Origin: Octopus bimaculoides
Lineage: Eukaryota
NCBI RefSeq assembly: GCF_001194135.2
Contig: NC_069001.1
Location: 788,758 to 845,342, forward strand
DNA length: 56,585 nucleotides
Reading direction: 5' to 3'
The notes under the pieces are model-generated. The model saw only the letters and a list, made by a program, of their open reading frames with translations. It was not told where the DNA came from and ran no database searches. Within the stretch, counting starts at the first letter, position 1. Each line of letters opens with the position of its first letter. Position numbers and translations under genes: made by a program. This document shows, piece after piece, positions 40,850-54,199 of the stretch.

Positions 40850-43754
40850 AACACACACACACACGTATGTATGTATGTATTTGTGCCTTCAGTTTCCATC
40901 TACCAAATCCATTCACAAGGCTTTGGTCAGCCCAGGGTTTATAGGCTTGTGCAAGGTTACCATTCAGCGGGACTGAACCTGAGATCATGTGACTGGGAAG
41001 CCAACTCCTTCACCCCACAGCCACACCCATAATGTGCAAAGACCTGCACAGGATGGAATTAAACGAGATGAGTACAACATGCTGCATGTATAACATTGAA
41101 TCATATATGAATGTCAGAGTGCCAGCAGGGGGGGACATTGAAAGCCATCAGTCGCTCCGATGCAAGGTTGGCAGTTAGTTGCACTGCTAATATAGAAATA
41201 ATGTGATCTGAAATGGTATAATACGTGTAGTGGAATAAATGCCATGTTTTGTCTGTCTGTGTGTCAAAGTGGAAGGGGCCCACGACAGTGAGAAAGAAGT
41301 AAACCGAACAAAGCTTTAATGGAGAATATAATAATAATAAGGATAATGATAATAATAATAATACGACGTCTATGATTGAGATTTGGTGCAATGTGTATAA
41401 ATGAAGGCAAAACCAAACCAAAATAATAACAATTTGATGAAGTGGCAAAAAAAAAAAAGAAAATCTCCTGAAACAGCGTGTGAATAGGAGTCTTAGAATC
41501 TGCATTATCAAACTTTAGAATGATATTATCAAATAAATGTTGAAGAAAATAAAAAGCAAAATCCCTAACTGGTATACGACTGACCTTGTAAAAATAGAGC
41601 AATACTAAGAGAAAGAGAGAGAGGGGGGGAGGGGAAGAGAAAGGCACATAGAGAACAGAGAGAGAGAGGGGAGGAGGGTGAGACAAGCTGAGAGAATCAT
41701 AGAGAGGGGGAGAGACAAAGAAAGAGAGGTAGAGAAAGAAAGCATTACGAAATGATCACCCCCCCCCCTGGTTTCACGAGTTGTTCAACACACACACACA
41801 TAATTTTTCTTGAAGCAAGCAGGTGATTGATTTAAGATTGAAAACTGCAGCAGAGGCAGAATAGGAGTAATGGCATCACTGCCGCAATAACTAATAAATG
41901 AGAGTATGAAGGAAAAAAACCCCAAAAGAATAAATCAAAGACGAAGATTTGGTAGGGGTAAGGGACACATGCATGTGTGTGTGTGTGTGTGTGAGAGAGA
42001 GAGGAGAGTATGTGTGTGTGTGCATGTGTGGAGGTATAAGTATGTGTGAGTCCATGTGTAAGTGCATACGTGCATGTGTGTATAAGTCCATGCATGCACA
42101 TGTGAGAATGAGAGAAAGTGTTTGTGTGCAGTTGAGTGGGAGCAAGGGTTAGCTACGACAGAAGTAAAAAAAAAAATCACAAAAGTTGGGGAGGGAGAAT
42201 GAATGTTGAAACTGGCAGACACCTTGTTTCCAGCCTTTATAAACTGAGAGTTTATAAATGGATAGCAAGCATGACTGTACAGTTACAAAATTCATTTTGC
42301 AAATAACAGTTTGTCATTATCAAGCTGGTGCTTGGAACATAACATTTTCACGGCAGATTTTAAGTTAGATCACTTTAACTCTTTTGTTACCATATTTCAA
42401 CTGAAATCTATTGTTTCAACGACTTAGTAAAGTAACTTTGTCATTACTATGCTAGTGTTTGGAACATAAATTAACATGAAATTTTGATTGAGTGTTTTAA
42501 TTTAGGTTCTTTTAACTCTTTCTTTTACCATTTCAATTAATTTTGAAAATAAGGAAGAATTTGGTGAAATAATTTTGTCATTACTAAGCTGGTGTTTGGA
42601 ACTTCTGGAGGACAAGGTGAACTTGTGATAGAAAAATGGAAATCAGTTACAGGTGAGTAGAGACATGTACATACCTAAATGCACATGTTTGTTTATGCCT
42701 GTTATTTTACAAATACCTGTGTATGTACATATAGTTGTGTGTGTATGTTGTTTGAATGTATGTGTCTGTGCATGTATTGTCAACACTGACCATACATCTG
42801 CACACATGGGAGCAGCTCAGGGCAAGACTTTCCTATGCCATCCATGCAAATTTCCTTCTTTCCACACCACAAATGTTTATACAAGGGAAAGGCCAATCCA
42901 AATTGGGTCAACACAGCTTGGCACCAGTGTCATTACAGGGGTTGCTGTCAGAACACAAAGGGCCAGAACAAATGCCACAAAGCATCTTGCTCCCCACCCA
43001 CAAACAGTTCCACCAATCCACCATCTTGTTTGGTAATTTTTTTTTCTCAACCCCCTCCCCCAAAGAATAAAAGGCAAAGTCAAACACAGTGGGATTTGAA
43101 CTCAGATACCAAAGTATTCTCTAAACAACTCAGCCAACATACTGCTGCAGTGAATCTACCCTAATTAAGGTCACCAAGGTAACAGAATCCACCCTCCTGC
43201 AATTTATTTGTGAGAAGAGCCAGAATACAATAGAAACAGATTGGTTCCGTTGGGCTCCCTTGGATGTCTGTAGTTATTCTTGTCTCAGGTGGTCTTCTTT
43301 GTGTGTTTGGAAAAGTCTCTTAGCATCTGATGAAATCTGGTGGCAAATATCACCAGATTGCCAACACTGGCAGGATACAGTGTAAACAACCACATACGGT
43401 AGCATATTGCCTCACACACACACACACACACATGCACTCCATCATGAATTCGTTATTGCTTTTGGGTGCTCCCATTTCTCCTGGGAGACAGAGGAGGAAC
43501 TTTGCTCTTTGGAATCTTCTGTTTAACCAAATGAAATTAGGAATGATAATAAAAAAAAGAAAATTTTGGTGCAAAGCTATTTTAAAGAGATATTTTTCTC
43601 CCCCCACGAAACCCCACATCCCCATTTTTTATTGTTGAGGAAATTTTGGGGGAACTGATGGATAATTTAGATTAGAAATGGTTTGGGAAAAAAAATAACC
43701 AAACAAAAAGAGATGAAAAAAAAGATGAAATGTGAAATGGTAAATGTTTTCCTT

Positions 43755-43900
43755 TCCACTCAGGCCTTGTGGTTAGGGTGTTGCACTCATAATTGTAAGA
43801 TTGCAGTTTCAATTCCCAGACCAAAACAGTGTGCTGTGTTCTTGAGCGAAACACTTCATTTGACATTGCTCCAGTCTACTCAACCATGAAATTAGTTCCA
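43755..43900 (+). mobile_element. Distinct tRNA-headed SINE copy
   Basis: GGCCTTGTGGTTAGGGTGTT (A-box-like) and GTTTCAATTCCC (B-box-like), followed by TGTGTTCTTGAGCGAAACACTT. Confidence 0.55.
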
Positions 43901-46900
43901 CCAACAGCTGGGAACTTGATCCTATGATAGACCAATGTCCCAATCAGTCAGGAGGGAATTTTGTAATCTTAGTCACTTGTATGCAATGGAAGACAGAGCT
44001 AAGTCTAAGTTTCGAGTTCTGCGATCTATACAACAATTAACAATTAGCCATACGCATGGCTTGTGTGTGGAAAGAAGTTTGCTTCTAAACTACATGGTCC
44101 TGGGTTCAGTCCCATGGCATGGCACCTTCGGTGTCTTGTACTATCAAAGCAATGAGGGTGAATTTTGTAGATGGAAACTAGAAGAAGCCCGTTATATATA
44201 TGCGTATGTATCTCTTTGTGTCTGTTTGTGCCAGCACCATTGCTTGACAACTGGTATTAGTGTTTAGGTTTCTGTAATTTAGCAGTTCAGCAAAATATAT
44301 GAATAGGATAAGTGCCGGGCTGAAAAAAAAAAAATTTTTTATTTTTTAAATTTGTTTTCAAGATGCTCCAGCATGGCCACAGTCTAATAAGTGAAACAAA
44401 TAAAAGATAACAGAACAGAGTAATATTTTGCTAATTACAGTCCATCCCCTTAGATGGAATTACACCATTTAAAAACGTGAGAGAATATTACATTCACACA
44501 AAGAGTGATAACAGTTGAATTATGAATACATGCCACACAGACAGCCATGGCCATTCCATGTTGTTTATAAATCTACAGCTGTAGATTGTTCAAATGTATC
44601 CTTTCTCAGTTAACACAAAAAGGGATATGATTTGAAGATTCATCTGCTATTTCTAGCAAACCAGGCAACCACATATGCTACCTAAGTGGTTCTGCTTATT
44701 CAACCGAACCATCCTTTTAGAAGATGAAAACTTCTCCCTTTTTCTCTCTCTCCTTCTCTATTTCTCTCTTTCATTCATTCTCTTCTCTCTTTCTGCCGTC
44801 CCCCACCTCTCTCACCTTTTCATTCTTTAACCAAATTTCTCAGAACACAGACCCTAAAACAAGCAGAAGAACCTTCCCACCTTCCTGTCTATTCCACATA
44901 AATCAGTAACCAGAGACAGTTCCGCAACATGCTGTTTTATATTACGTGTTAACGAAATTAAATGGATAAATGGAAGGAGAGGGGTGGGGGGAACGGCAGG
45001 TATCTGGTGGAACATTTTTCCAGTTTTGTAGGGTTTTTTTTTATTATTTTATATTATTTTTTTAAAATATGCAATCACATAAATATATCTACGGGTATAT
45101 GTACACATGTGTGTGTGTGTGTATAATGCATGTGTATATGAAGTGAATTGATAGGGGTGGGGTAATCAGGGTGGAAGATATTTATTTTTGTAATTTAAAA
45201 AAAATTTTCTCCTTATGAATAATGCAATCAAATGTGTTTATCGGTATCCGTACACATATCTATGTATATATATGTGTGCATACATGTGTATGTGTGTGTA
45301 TATATGTATCAATGCATGCATAAGATGTGTGTATGTGTCTATATTGATTGGGTGGGGGCAAGAGCAATTTTGTAGAGGAAGTGGATTAGGTTTACATTAA
45401 TCGCGAACGAAGTCATTAACCTAACGACCAAGTATTGGCAATTTATTAACAGGTATGGAAAAGACCAAGTTAATTGATTCCACCAGAGATGTGTGTGTGC
45501 GTGTGTGTATTCATGCTTGAGTGACTGAGAGTGTGAGTATATATGCACATGAATATGCTTGTATGTGCATACATATGTGATTGTGTGTACGCATATGTTT
45601 GGGATAAAAGGTGTGTGTATGTGTGTGTGTGCTCACGGATGAGTGAGATAAAAAAAAAAACGTTGAAAAGTCATTTATATGCAGAAACAAACTGCCCTTT
45701 CACAAAGAATAAGGGACATGAAATAAGGGACAAAGAACAAAAATAAATAGAAAAACCGTCTGAGTGCAAATAAAGTAAGTGTTCATTTGAAACAGAAGGA
45801 ATGTTTATCAGTCATGAAAACTGAATCTAAACCAACATTTAAGATGGTATGAAAGGGAGGGAGGGAGAGATAACGAGGGGGAAAGAGTAACAGGCATATA
45901 ATGGGAGAGGGAGAGAGAGAGAGAGACACACAAGACGATAGAGAGAAGAAACCAGTTTAACAAGAGCGTTTGTTACAGCTACTGTAAATAACTCTATACT
46001 CCCACCACCACCACCACTACTACTACTACTACTACTGATTACAACAGAAGTTGTTTTAATATTTTATTGTAGCTAAAATATTGACCAGACTCCCTGCCTA
46101 TCGCTGCTGTAAAACCAATCAAATCATCGACGTTATTGGTTTCGTTCTTTTGATGGTGTTTTGTAGCCGGAATCTGCCATTATATGCTATCGGCAACAAA
46201 AACTGACACTTACGAGACCAACATTGGGGAGTTTGATTTGCAATGTTCACCTTAACGTGCAGATAAGGGGATGGGGAGGGGAGGGTAAAAGAGAAAAGGG
46301 GAAATGATTACNNNNNNNNNNTGATGTGTAGAATTGGAATTTTTATAGACTTTCTAGAGGAAAGAGGGGGGAATGAGAGGAGGGAGAGAGAGAGAGAGAA
46401 ACAGAAAAGGAGATACAGAGATAAAAAGAGATAGAGAGAGAGAGGGGGGAGAGAGAAAGAGCATTAGCAAACTGCTGTCCCTATTTTCACGGGTAGTTCA
46501 ACACACACACCTAACTGCCCACCCACAAATACACTTGTGTAAGGTGTGTCAGTGACAATAATGAAGAATTGGAAATTTTCATTGATTTTATTCCACAAAT
46601 AAACAACTGTGAAGAGGCACCATTATCGATGATGGATCTATTTTCAATGGAGAAGAAGAAAAAAATGGTTTTGTGATTAAGAAGTTTGCTTCCCAATCAC
46701 AGGGTCTCAGTCCCACTGCCAGGAACCTTGGCAAGTGTCTTCTGCTATAGCCTTGGTGTGACCAGAGCCTTGTGAGTTGATCTGGTAGATGGAAACTGAA
46801 AGAAGCCCATCATGTGTGTGTGTTTCCTTATTTTGTCATCAAATAATGTAAATGAATGCCGTTCATTTCCAATATTTAGTGAAAATATGTTTGATGATGG

Positions 46901-48724
46901 GAAATATAACCTCACTTAGAACCAGGTAAAGGTTGGCAACAGGAGGAGCATCCAGTTGCAGAAATTCTGCCCCAGTAAACTTTGACATAAGCAAGGATGG
47001 AAAAAATGGATGTTAAAAGATTCCTTTACCACAGGATGATTCTATACCCACAAGAATCCCCAAATATACCCAATAACATTTAGAACTCTTGCAAACGGGA
47101 ATTCTGTCTTCTTTTACTTATTTCAGTCATTGGACTGCAGCCATTCAGGGGCACTGCTTTCAAAGGTTCTCATCGAACAAATCAACCCCAGGACTCACAC
47201 ACAGAGTTAGTTTCTGCCAACCAAATTCACTCACAAGGCTTTGGTGGGCCTGGGGCTATGGTAGAAGATACTTTCTCAAGGTGGCGTGCAGTGGGATTGA
47301 ACTCAAAATCAAGTTATAGCAAATCAAGCTTCTTAACTATACAGCCATGTCTATACCTATATTAAAAGGTTGGTCTTTTGTGGGGGAGGAGAGATTTTTT
47401 GTGTGGGGGGGGGGGACTTTTTTCTTTGTTTTTGTAGTTCAAAACTAAAATATAAAAGTGAAAACTAAAACTACAACAGTCAATCCACTTAAAATTTATG
47501 AAAAGCCAAAACAAACACAAAACTTTAAATAACAATAACAATAATAATAATAATCAATGACCTTTGAGATCAATATGGTAAAAGTTATCAATCATTTGCT
47601 ATTTGTTCTCGTGACATTTCCTCGTTAGATTTTGCAATCTAAATTTTCAATAATTGAAGTAAAGAACTGAGAGAAGCTTAAATATCAATGAGTGTATCGT
47701 TATTGTTGTTGTTATTGTTATTGTTTTGATGGTAGATTGGAGTCTATGCCAAGATTATTTAGTTTCTTGTTGCAAAGCAATCCCCTCACTCGTGTGAATG
47801 GCAGACTGCAGATAGAGTGTAGAGATAAGAAGTGTTGGGGTGGGGGTGGGGCAGCGAAGAATGCACAAGATCTCAACTGATTCATGCCGAAAGGAAAGAT
47901 CACAACTGATTCATGATGTAAGGAAAGCTGAGTAACAAGTTCAGGTAATTTTTGGAATCTGAGGAAACAACATCATGGTCTAAGTCTGCAATAATAAGAA
48001 TAACAATGATAATAGTAATGGTTTCAAATTTTGGCACAAGGCCGGCAATTTCAGGGGAGGGGATAAGACAATTACATTACCCCAGTGTTCAACTGGTACT
48101 TATTTTATCAACCCCCAACAGAATTTGAACTCACAATGTAAAGACAGACGAAATACAACAAAGCATTTTGCCCAGTGTGTGAACAATTCTGCCAGCCCAT
48201 TGCCTACTACTAATACTAATATTAATAATAACGATGATGATGATGATGGTTTCAAATCTTGGATCGGGACCAGCAGTTTCTTTTTTTTTTTTAGAGGAAG
48301 GGGAAATGCTATTCAATCAACCTCGAAAGGAGAAAAGGCAAAGTTGACCGCAGTGGAATTTGAACTCTGAACATAAAAATGGATGAAATACCTCATGGTT
48401 GGAAAGTAAGCTTCTTAACCACACAGCCATGCCTGAGCCTGACAACAATTCATTAAGATATCCTGCTGGAAAGTGAGCTGAACCTCATGCCTCGTTAATG
48501 TAACATAAGAAATAAAGCTGGTAATTAATCTAACACTCACTGACAAATTAGACAGAGCAACACTAACTTGCCATATTTCATGGTCTTAAGGATATTATAA
48601 ATTAGCTTTAAAGCCAGTAATAACACTTTAACAGAAATACTCAATATTAATAATAATAATAATAATAGATCATATGATATTTACTCTTTCTGTGACAGCA
48701 ACTGAAATCTTTTTATCATTCGTC

Positions 48725-48905
48725 TTTGATTTGTTTCAGTCATTGGACTACGGCCATGCTGGGGCACCACTCTGAACGGTTTGATCAAAAAAAGTCAACC
48801 CCAGTACTTTTTTGTGTGTCTGGTACTTATTGTATTGGTCACTTTAGCTGAATGTCCAAGTTATAAGGATGCAGCAAAACCAACATCTGTTGTTAAGCAG
48901 TGCAG
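48725..48905 (+). mobile_element. Interspersed repeat (family D), representative copy
   Basis: Core TTGTTTCAGTCATT-GACTG-GGCCATGCTGG-GCAC recurs near 1430, 26305, 28300, 31330, 35125, 38355, 38900, 44215, 47110, 51690 and 53460 in both orientations. Confidence 0.75.
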
Positions 48906-50084
48906 CAGGGACCTTGGGCTAACAACAAGCTTGTGAGTGAATTTGGAAGATAAAAACTCTCGGGTGTCTGTCTCTGTGTCTTGACATCATATAGAGTCAC
49001 TGTGACACACTTCCAGGCTGGCAACAGGAAAGGCATCCAGCACTAATAAAATCAGCCTCAACACATTCTGCCTAACACATGCTAACATGGATAAGCGGAC
49101 ATAGAAATGGTGATGATGGTAGTGAATCTAGAGAGTGTATTATGAGAGACGGTGTTTGGTTTTTTTTCTTCTTTTTTAAGCTAATAGGATATAGGTGTGA
49201 AGGAGATTTGGCCAGTTGCTATTTTTAACAGGCTTCGTGGTCACCAAGAGGTACATCTGTTGGTTTATTTTCTATGGAAAATAGAGTGGAGGGAAACATG
49301 GGAGAGATCAGATTTCAGGATGTGAGTCAGAGAGACATGCAGATCTAAGATTGATAAACCCTGACAGAGTGTACTACAATATGACCAGTGAAACTAACGT
49401 CATTCCAATGTGGAAGACTAGTTGTTAGGATGATGGGATGATTCTTTGAGTGGTGTCTTGACTATTAGCCAAGATACTTTTTTCACATGGATCCTCATTC
49501 TCCACCTCCTCTTCCTTCTCATCATCACCCTCTCCATCTAAAAGGAACTTCATCATCATCATCATTTAACGCCCGTGTTCCATACTAGCATCGGTGAGAC
49601 GGTTCCACAAGAGCCAGCTAGGCTGAAGCCTGCACTGGACTTCTGTGACTGTTCTAACAGGATTTTTACAGCTGGATGCCATTCCAAACGCCAACCACTT
49701 TACAGTGTGGACTCGGTGCTTTTAAGTGGCACCTGTCAGTGCAGGTGCCACTTTTAAGAGGGGAGGAGGCATTGGAGGAGGTGATGATGAAAAGGTTATA
49801 GTGAGACAAATATAGTTGTCTCTAATAAGCAAATATAGACAACATACACACATACCGTATTTACTCATACATTAGTCATATTCATGTATAAATTGCACTC
49901 ATGTGGGAGCTCAATGTATGTTCAAGTCAAACTTGTAGCAAGTCACACCCCTAATTTCTCATTAAAACGGGGTACAAAATTTTTTCTCTTCATACCTTTA
50001 GCTTTGTCCTGTGTAAAAGTCACATTCCAGGTTTTTCAGTTAAAATGAAGTTTAAAACAGTGCAACTTGTACATGACCTAATAT

Positions 50085-50458
50085 CATATATATATATTGT
50101 CAAATAGTACATTACTGGTTAGGGTATGGGCAAATTGTCAATATTCTTTAACGGCAAGAGTTGGTGTGAAACCAATGGTAACACTGACTGGTTATAAGCG
50201 CTCACCTTATTACCTATACTGAGCATGCTTTTGTTCCTGACTTATGGACAACCAATAATTTCTACACACACACATATATACAAACCATATGCACACAAAT
50301 ATATACATTCATATATATATATTGTCAAATAGTACATTACTGGTTAGGGTATGGGCAAATTGTCAATATTCTTTAACGGCAAGAGTTGGTGTGAAACCAA
50401 TGGTAACACTGACTGGTTATAAGCGCTCACCTTATTACCTATACTGAGCATGCTTTTG
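50085..50458. repeat. Identical 149-bp direct duplication (50085-50233 and 50310-50458), period 225
   Basis: The copies are identical base for base, and the second ends at the N gap. Confidence 0.92.
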
Positions 50459-50468
50459 NNNNNNNNNN

Positions 50469-50660
50469 ACCGTTGACTGAACACTATTCAATTTTTTTTC
50501 TCCGTGTTTTTCTCCTTGTCTCCGTATTCTTTCTGTTGAAGAGCGTAGCTCGAAACGTCAAAGACTTTCCGTATTCCCGAGCGTCATACTAATATATACT
50601 TTTGTTATTTACACCACCTGTCCTCGTCTGTTGTTATTTTTTGTATATTCTCCCATATAT
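50469..50660 (+). mobile_element. Probable Penelope-like element terminal (pLTR) fragment
   Basis: CpG-rich, T-rich segment carrying a minimal hammerhead motif and ending in (TA)n. The assignment rests mainly on the hammerhead motif. Confidence 0.55.
50528..50564 (+). ncRNA. Minimal type-I hammerhead ribozyme-like motif with a variant core
   Basis: TCTTT-CTGTTGA-A-GAGC(GTA)GCTC-GAAA-CGT-C-AAAGA: stem I TCTTT/AAAGA, stem II GAGC/GCTC, palindromic ACGT stem III and a UC cleavage site. Catalytic activity is untested. Confidence 0.7.
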
Positions 50661-51084
50661 ATATACATACTTATATACATATATAGACATATGCACAGAC
50701 ACACAGACCTACAGCTTAGCCACCCCTACACACACTCTGATGGGGGTACTTAATTTCTTTCAAAAACTTTGCAGAAAGAATAAACCAGTATTTGCACGCA
50801 CGCGCGCACACACACACACACAAAGAAAGAAAGAAACAAAAGATAAAAGAAGAAGAAGAAGGAAATAAACCAAACAAGCAAGATCTTTTCAGTAACCAAA
50901 TGCTGAAATACATTATCAGACCCCTTTCAAGTTGGATGAAATTTGATAACAAACAAAAAGGAAAAGAAAGAAGATAAAATAAGCAAAGACTTCAGTTTAC
51001 TTGCGGATAAAACGATTAAAGAAAGAAGAGCAAGACAAGAAAGCTTCTTTGCACCAAAAGTATACCCCCTTTCGGATATCTATA

Positions 51085-51122
<38 letters not shown>

Positions 51123-51224
51123 GACAAATTGTTAAAAATATCTAAATTTATGTTTAAACTGTGTTTGGTCATTAAATACTGTGCAATAAATATATGCATG
51201 TGTGTACACATACAGATATACATG

Positions 51225-51283
<59 letters not shown>

Positions 51284-54137
51284 CACACATACACACCTCT
51301 ACAGGATTGCCAATTGCTAGTGCATTATTTCTTGTAGTTTTGTTTTAAAGAAAGGAATAACTTCTGAGACCCACTGGCCCAGTGATATAAACAAAAAAGG
51401 GGCAGGGGTGGGGCAGGTGTCATGTAAGTTGAAAACAGCTTTTTTCATATCAACATAGCAGTCTTTTACAGTTTGTAAGGAACAGTTAGTTCATTCTCAT
51501 CAATGTTTCCAGATTATTTCAGACTTATCCTCAAGATATGGAGTAGCGTTGGCTTCTGTTCTGACGCTTTTAAACTCTGTGGCTTAGGTTAACACAGACT
51601 CCACAGTAAGAATTCTGTTTATGCAGATGTTGCACCTAGAATTGGACTATTGGAGTGTTAATTCCTCTCTCTCTCTTTTACTCTCTCTTTTACTTGTTTC
51701 AAACATTTCACTGTGGCCATGCTGAAGCACCGCCTTTAGTCGAGCAAATCAACCCCGGAGCTTGTTTCGACCCAGCTAGCATCGTTCCCTCAACAGTGGG
51801 ATACTGAACATCTGGTTTAGGTGTATCCTTCGCCGTAGATGTGTCTTGAAATCACCTGAGGAGACACATCTACACCAAGGGACACACCTAAACCAGATGT
51901 TCAGTATCCCACCCACGAGGTATCGATGCTGAGACTATACTTTGAAGGGAACGTACTTTACCGGCAAACTACCAGGTATATGCCATACAATTTATTACAA
52001 TCTCCACGAAGCTCCAGCAGTGGGTGATTGGATCAACTGGAACCCTCATCGTCATAACCAACAGAGTCCCACGATATATATATATATATATATATATATA
52101 TTTCCCCACCTCTTGCTTTTATCTTAATTTTCTTTGAATGTCTTACAATACCATTTACCAAAACATCTAAACAATGCATTTGACAAATAAAACCAAAACA
52201 AAGAACAAAATAATATCAAGGATTAAAATGTTAAACCAATAAATCAATACTATAAACTATGTCATACACAGTCAACAACCACACACACACACACACACAC
52301 ACAATCAATATGACTATGACTAGGCCCATATGCCACTGATCCTCGACTTCTTCCATCAGATCACTGCTCACCTTTCACAGAACGACATTTTGCAAATAAG
52401 GCCATCACGCATGTTTTGCAACAAGAAAAAAGAAAAGAAAAAAAAAAGTAGGTCATTTTAATGAAACAGAAGTTAGCTTTCTACAGCGGTGGTTAAGAAG
52501 TTCGCTTTGCAACCTCAGTGTTTCAGGTTCAGTCTCACTGCATGGCACTTTGGCCATGTGTTTTTTTTTTTTTTTTTTACTATAGCCCCAGGCTGATCAA
52601 AGCTTTGTGAGTGGATTTGGTAGGCAGAAACTCTGTGTGTGTGTGTGCGTGTATGCGCACCTGCATGTGCACACGTCTTTACAGTTGTATTTGTCCCCAT
52701 CACTGCATGACAGCCGGTGTAGGTTTGTTTATATCCCCATAGCTTTGTGGCTTTGGCAAGTATGGTCGTAGTCCAATGACTGAAATAAGTAAAAACACGA
52801 TTCTATCCAGCTTGTGTGTCTCTTTTCCGGGGTGTTAGTGACCAGGCTAAAACCCACTGCTATGTGAAACCAATCGACTCAATAAGTTCAACTGCTGTGT
52901 AGAGTGAAATGTCTACTTCAATATATATATCTGTGGAATACTTCACTTTAACAAATAAGTAGCTCAGCTGATCAAACAATCATCACAAACTGACATAAGA
53001 TCCATCATGTATTAGTGTAGAACATTGTATTTAAAATCTGGCTTCGTACAACTAGGAAGCTAAAGAGAGAATATAAAAATACATGGGACACACAGACAAC
53101 AGTTGCATTCAAAGTGTCAAAATTTTAACCTCAGTAACCTCCCATGTATGTTGATGTAAAGAGGAGACTGTACAACACTAGCAAAAGCAATCTTTCAATG
53201 ATGTTGATACTGTTGAACTCTTTCAACAGCAAATCTGCCAAAAACTACAACTTGCCCTATGACCTGAAACCATCAGTTTTAATGCATTCGGAATTAAATT
53301 AAAACCTTCAATATAATTTTATGTAAGAGCCTAATGCTAATTCCTGATTGAGCCGAGAGACAGAAGCATGGCTGTGTGGTTAAGAAACTTGATTCCCAAC
53401 CATGTGGTCTTGGGAATGCCTTGTCACATGGAGGCTGAGTGTGTTTGTTTGTCCACTCTCGTCCTCCTGCCACACATACACACTGCTTGACAACTGATGT
53501 TGGTTTGTTTATGTCCCCATAACTTTAAAAAAATGTTACTGTAGTTGATTTGTTCAACAAAACAGTTCAAGGCAGTGCCCCAGAATGGCCACAGTCTAAT
53601 AACTAACACAAGTGAAAGATAAACAATAAAACAATAAAAGAATAAAAGAATAAATGAAACAAAAAATTAATATTTCATCAAATCCCTCCAAATTCTTCAT
53701 GATTTTTCAAACATAATTAAAAACCTCGGGCAGTGTGTATTTTATGAGAAGTATATGGTCTCGAAAGAGTTTAAGGACCCCCCCCCCCCATGGTGAATGA
53801 AATAAGGGGCAAACTGTGAGGGGCTGCAAACCAAACAAAACAATCCAGTTTTAAATAAAACTGTACAATATAAAAAGCTGTTGGGAGGAGACTAACCGCA
53901 CAGACACACCACCACAAAGAAGGGGAACAAGGAGGGGGGACAAACAGACAGACAGGATCTTTGCACTCTGAACAATGAAACACTGAACTTGGACACTTGG
54001 GGTATACCAGTAAGTCTGCGACTGCCATCTGCAAGGGTTTCTAAAGAAGAAAACTGTAAGGGGTTGGGCAGAGGGGGGAGCTGGAGTTATGCAATGGCAA
54101 CCCTAACAACAGAAACAAAAATAGAGTTTATAATACA

Positions 54138-54199
<62 letters not shown>

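Noticed and set aside
41575-41690. Strong minus-strand donor AAG|GTCAGT as a possible first exon
   Set aside because: There is no in-frame ATG upstream, and the preceding sequence is a CT microsatellite.
42645-42660. Plus-strand consensus donor CAG|GTGAGT suggesting an antisense gene
   Set aside because: It has no partner exons or coherent ORF, and it is at chance frequency.
43327-43363. CTGATGA followed by a perfect 9-bp hairpin
   Set aside because: It is followed by GCCA rather than GAAA, and stems I and III are absent, so it is not a hammerhead.
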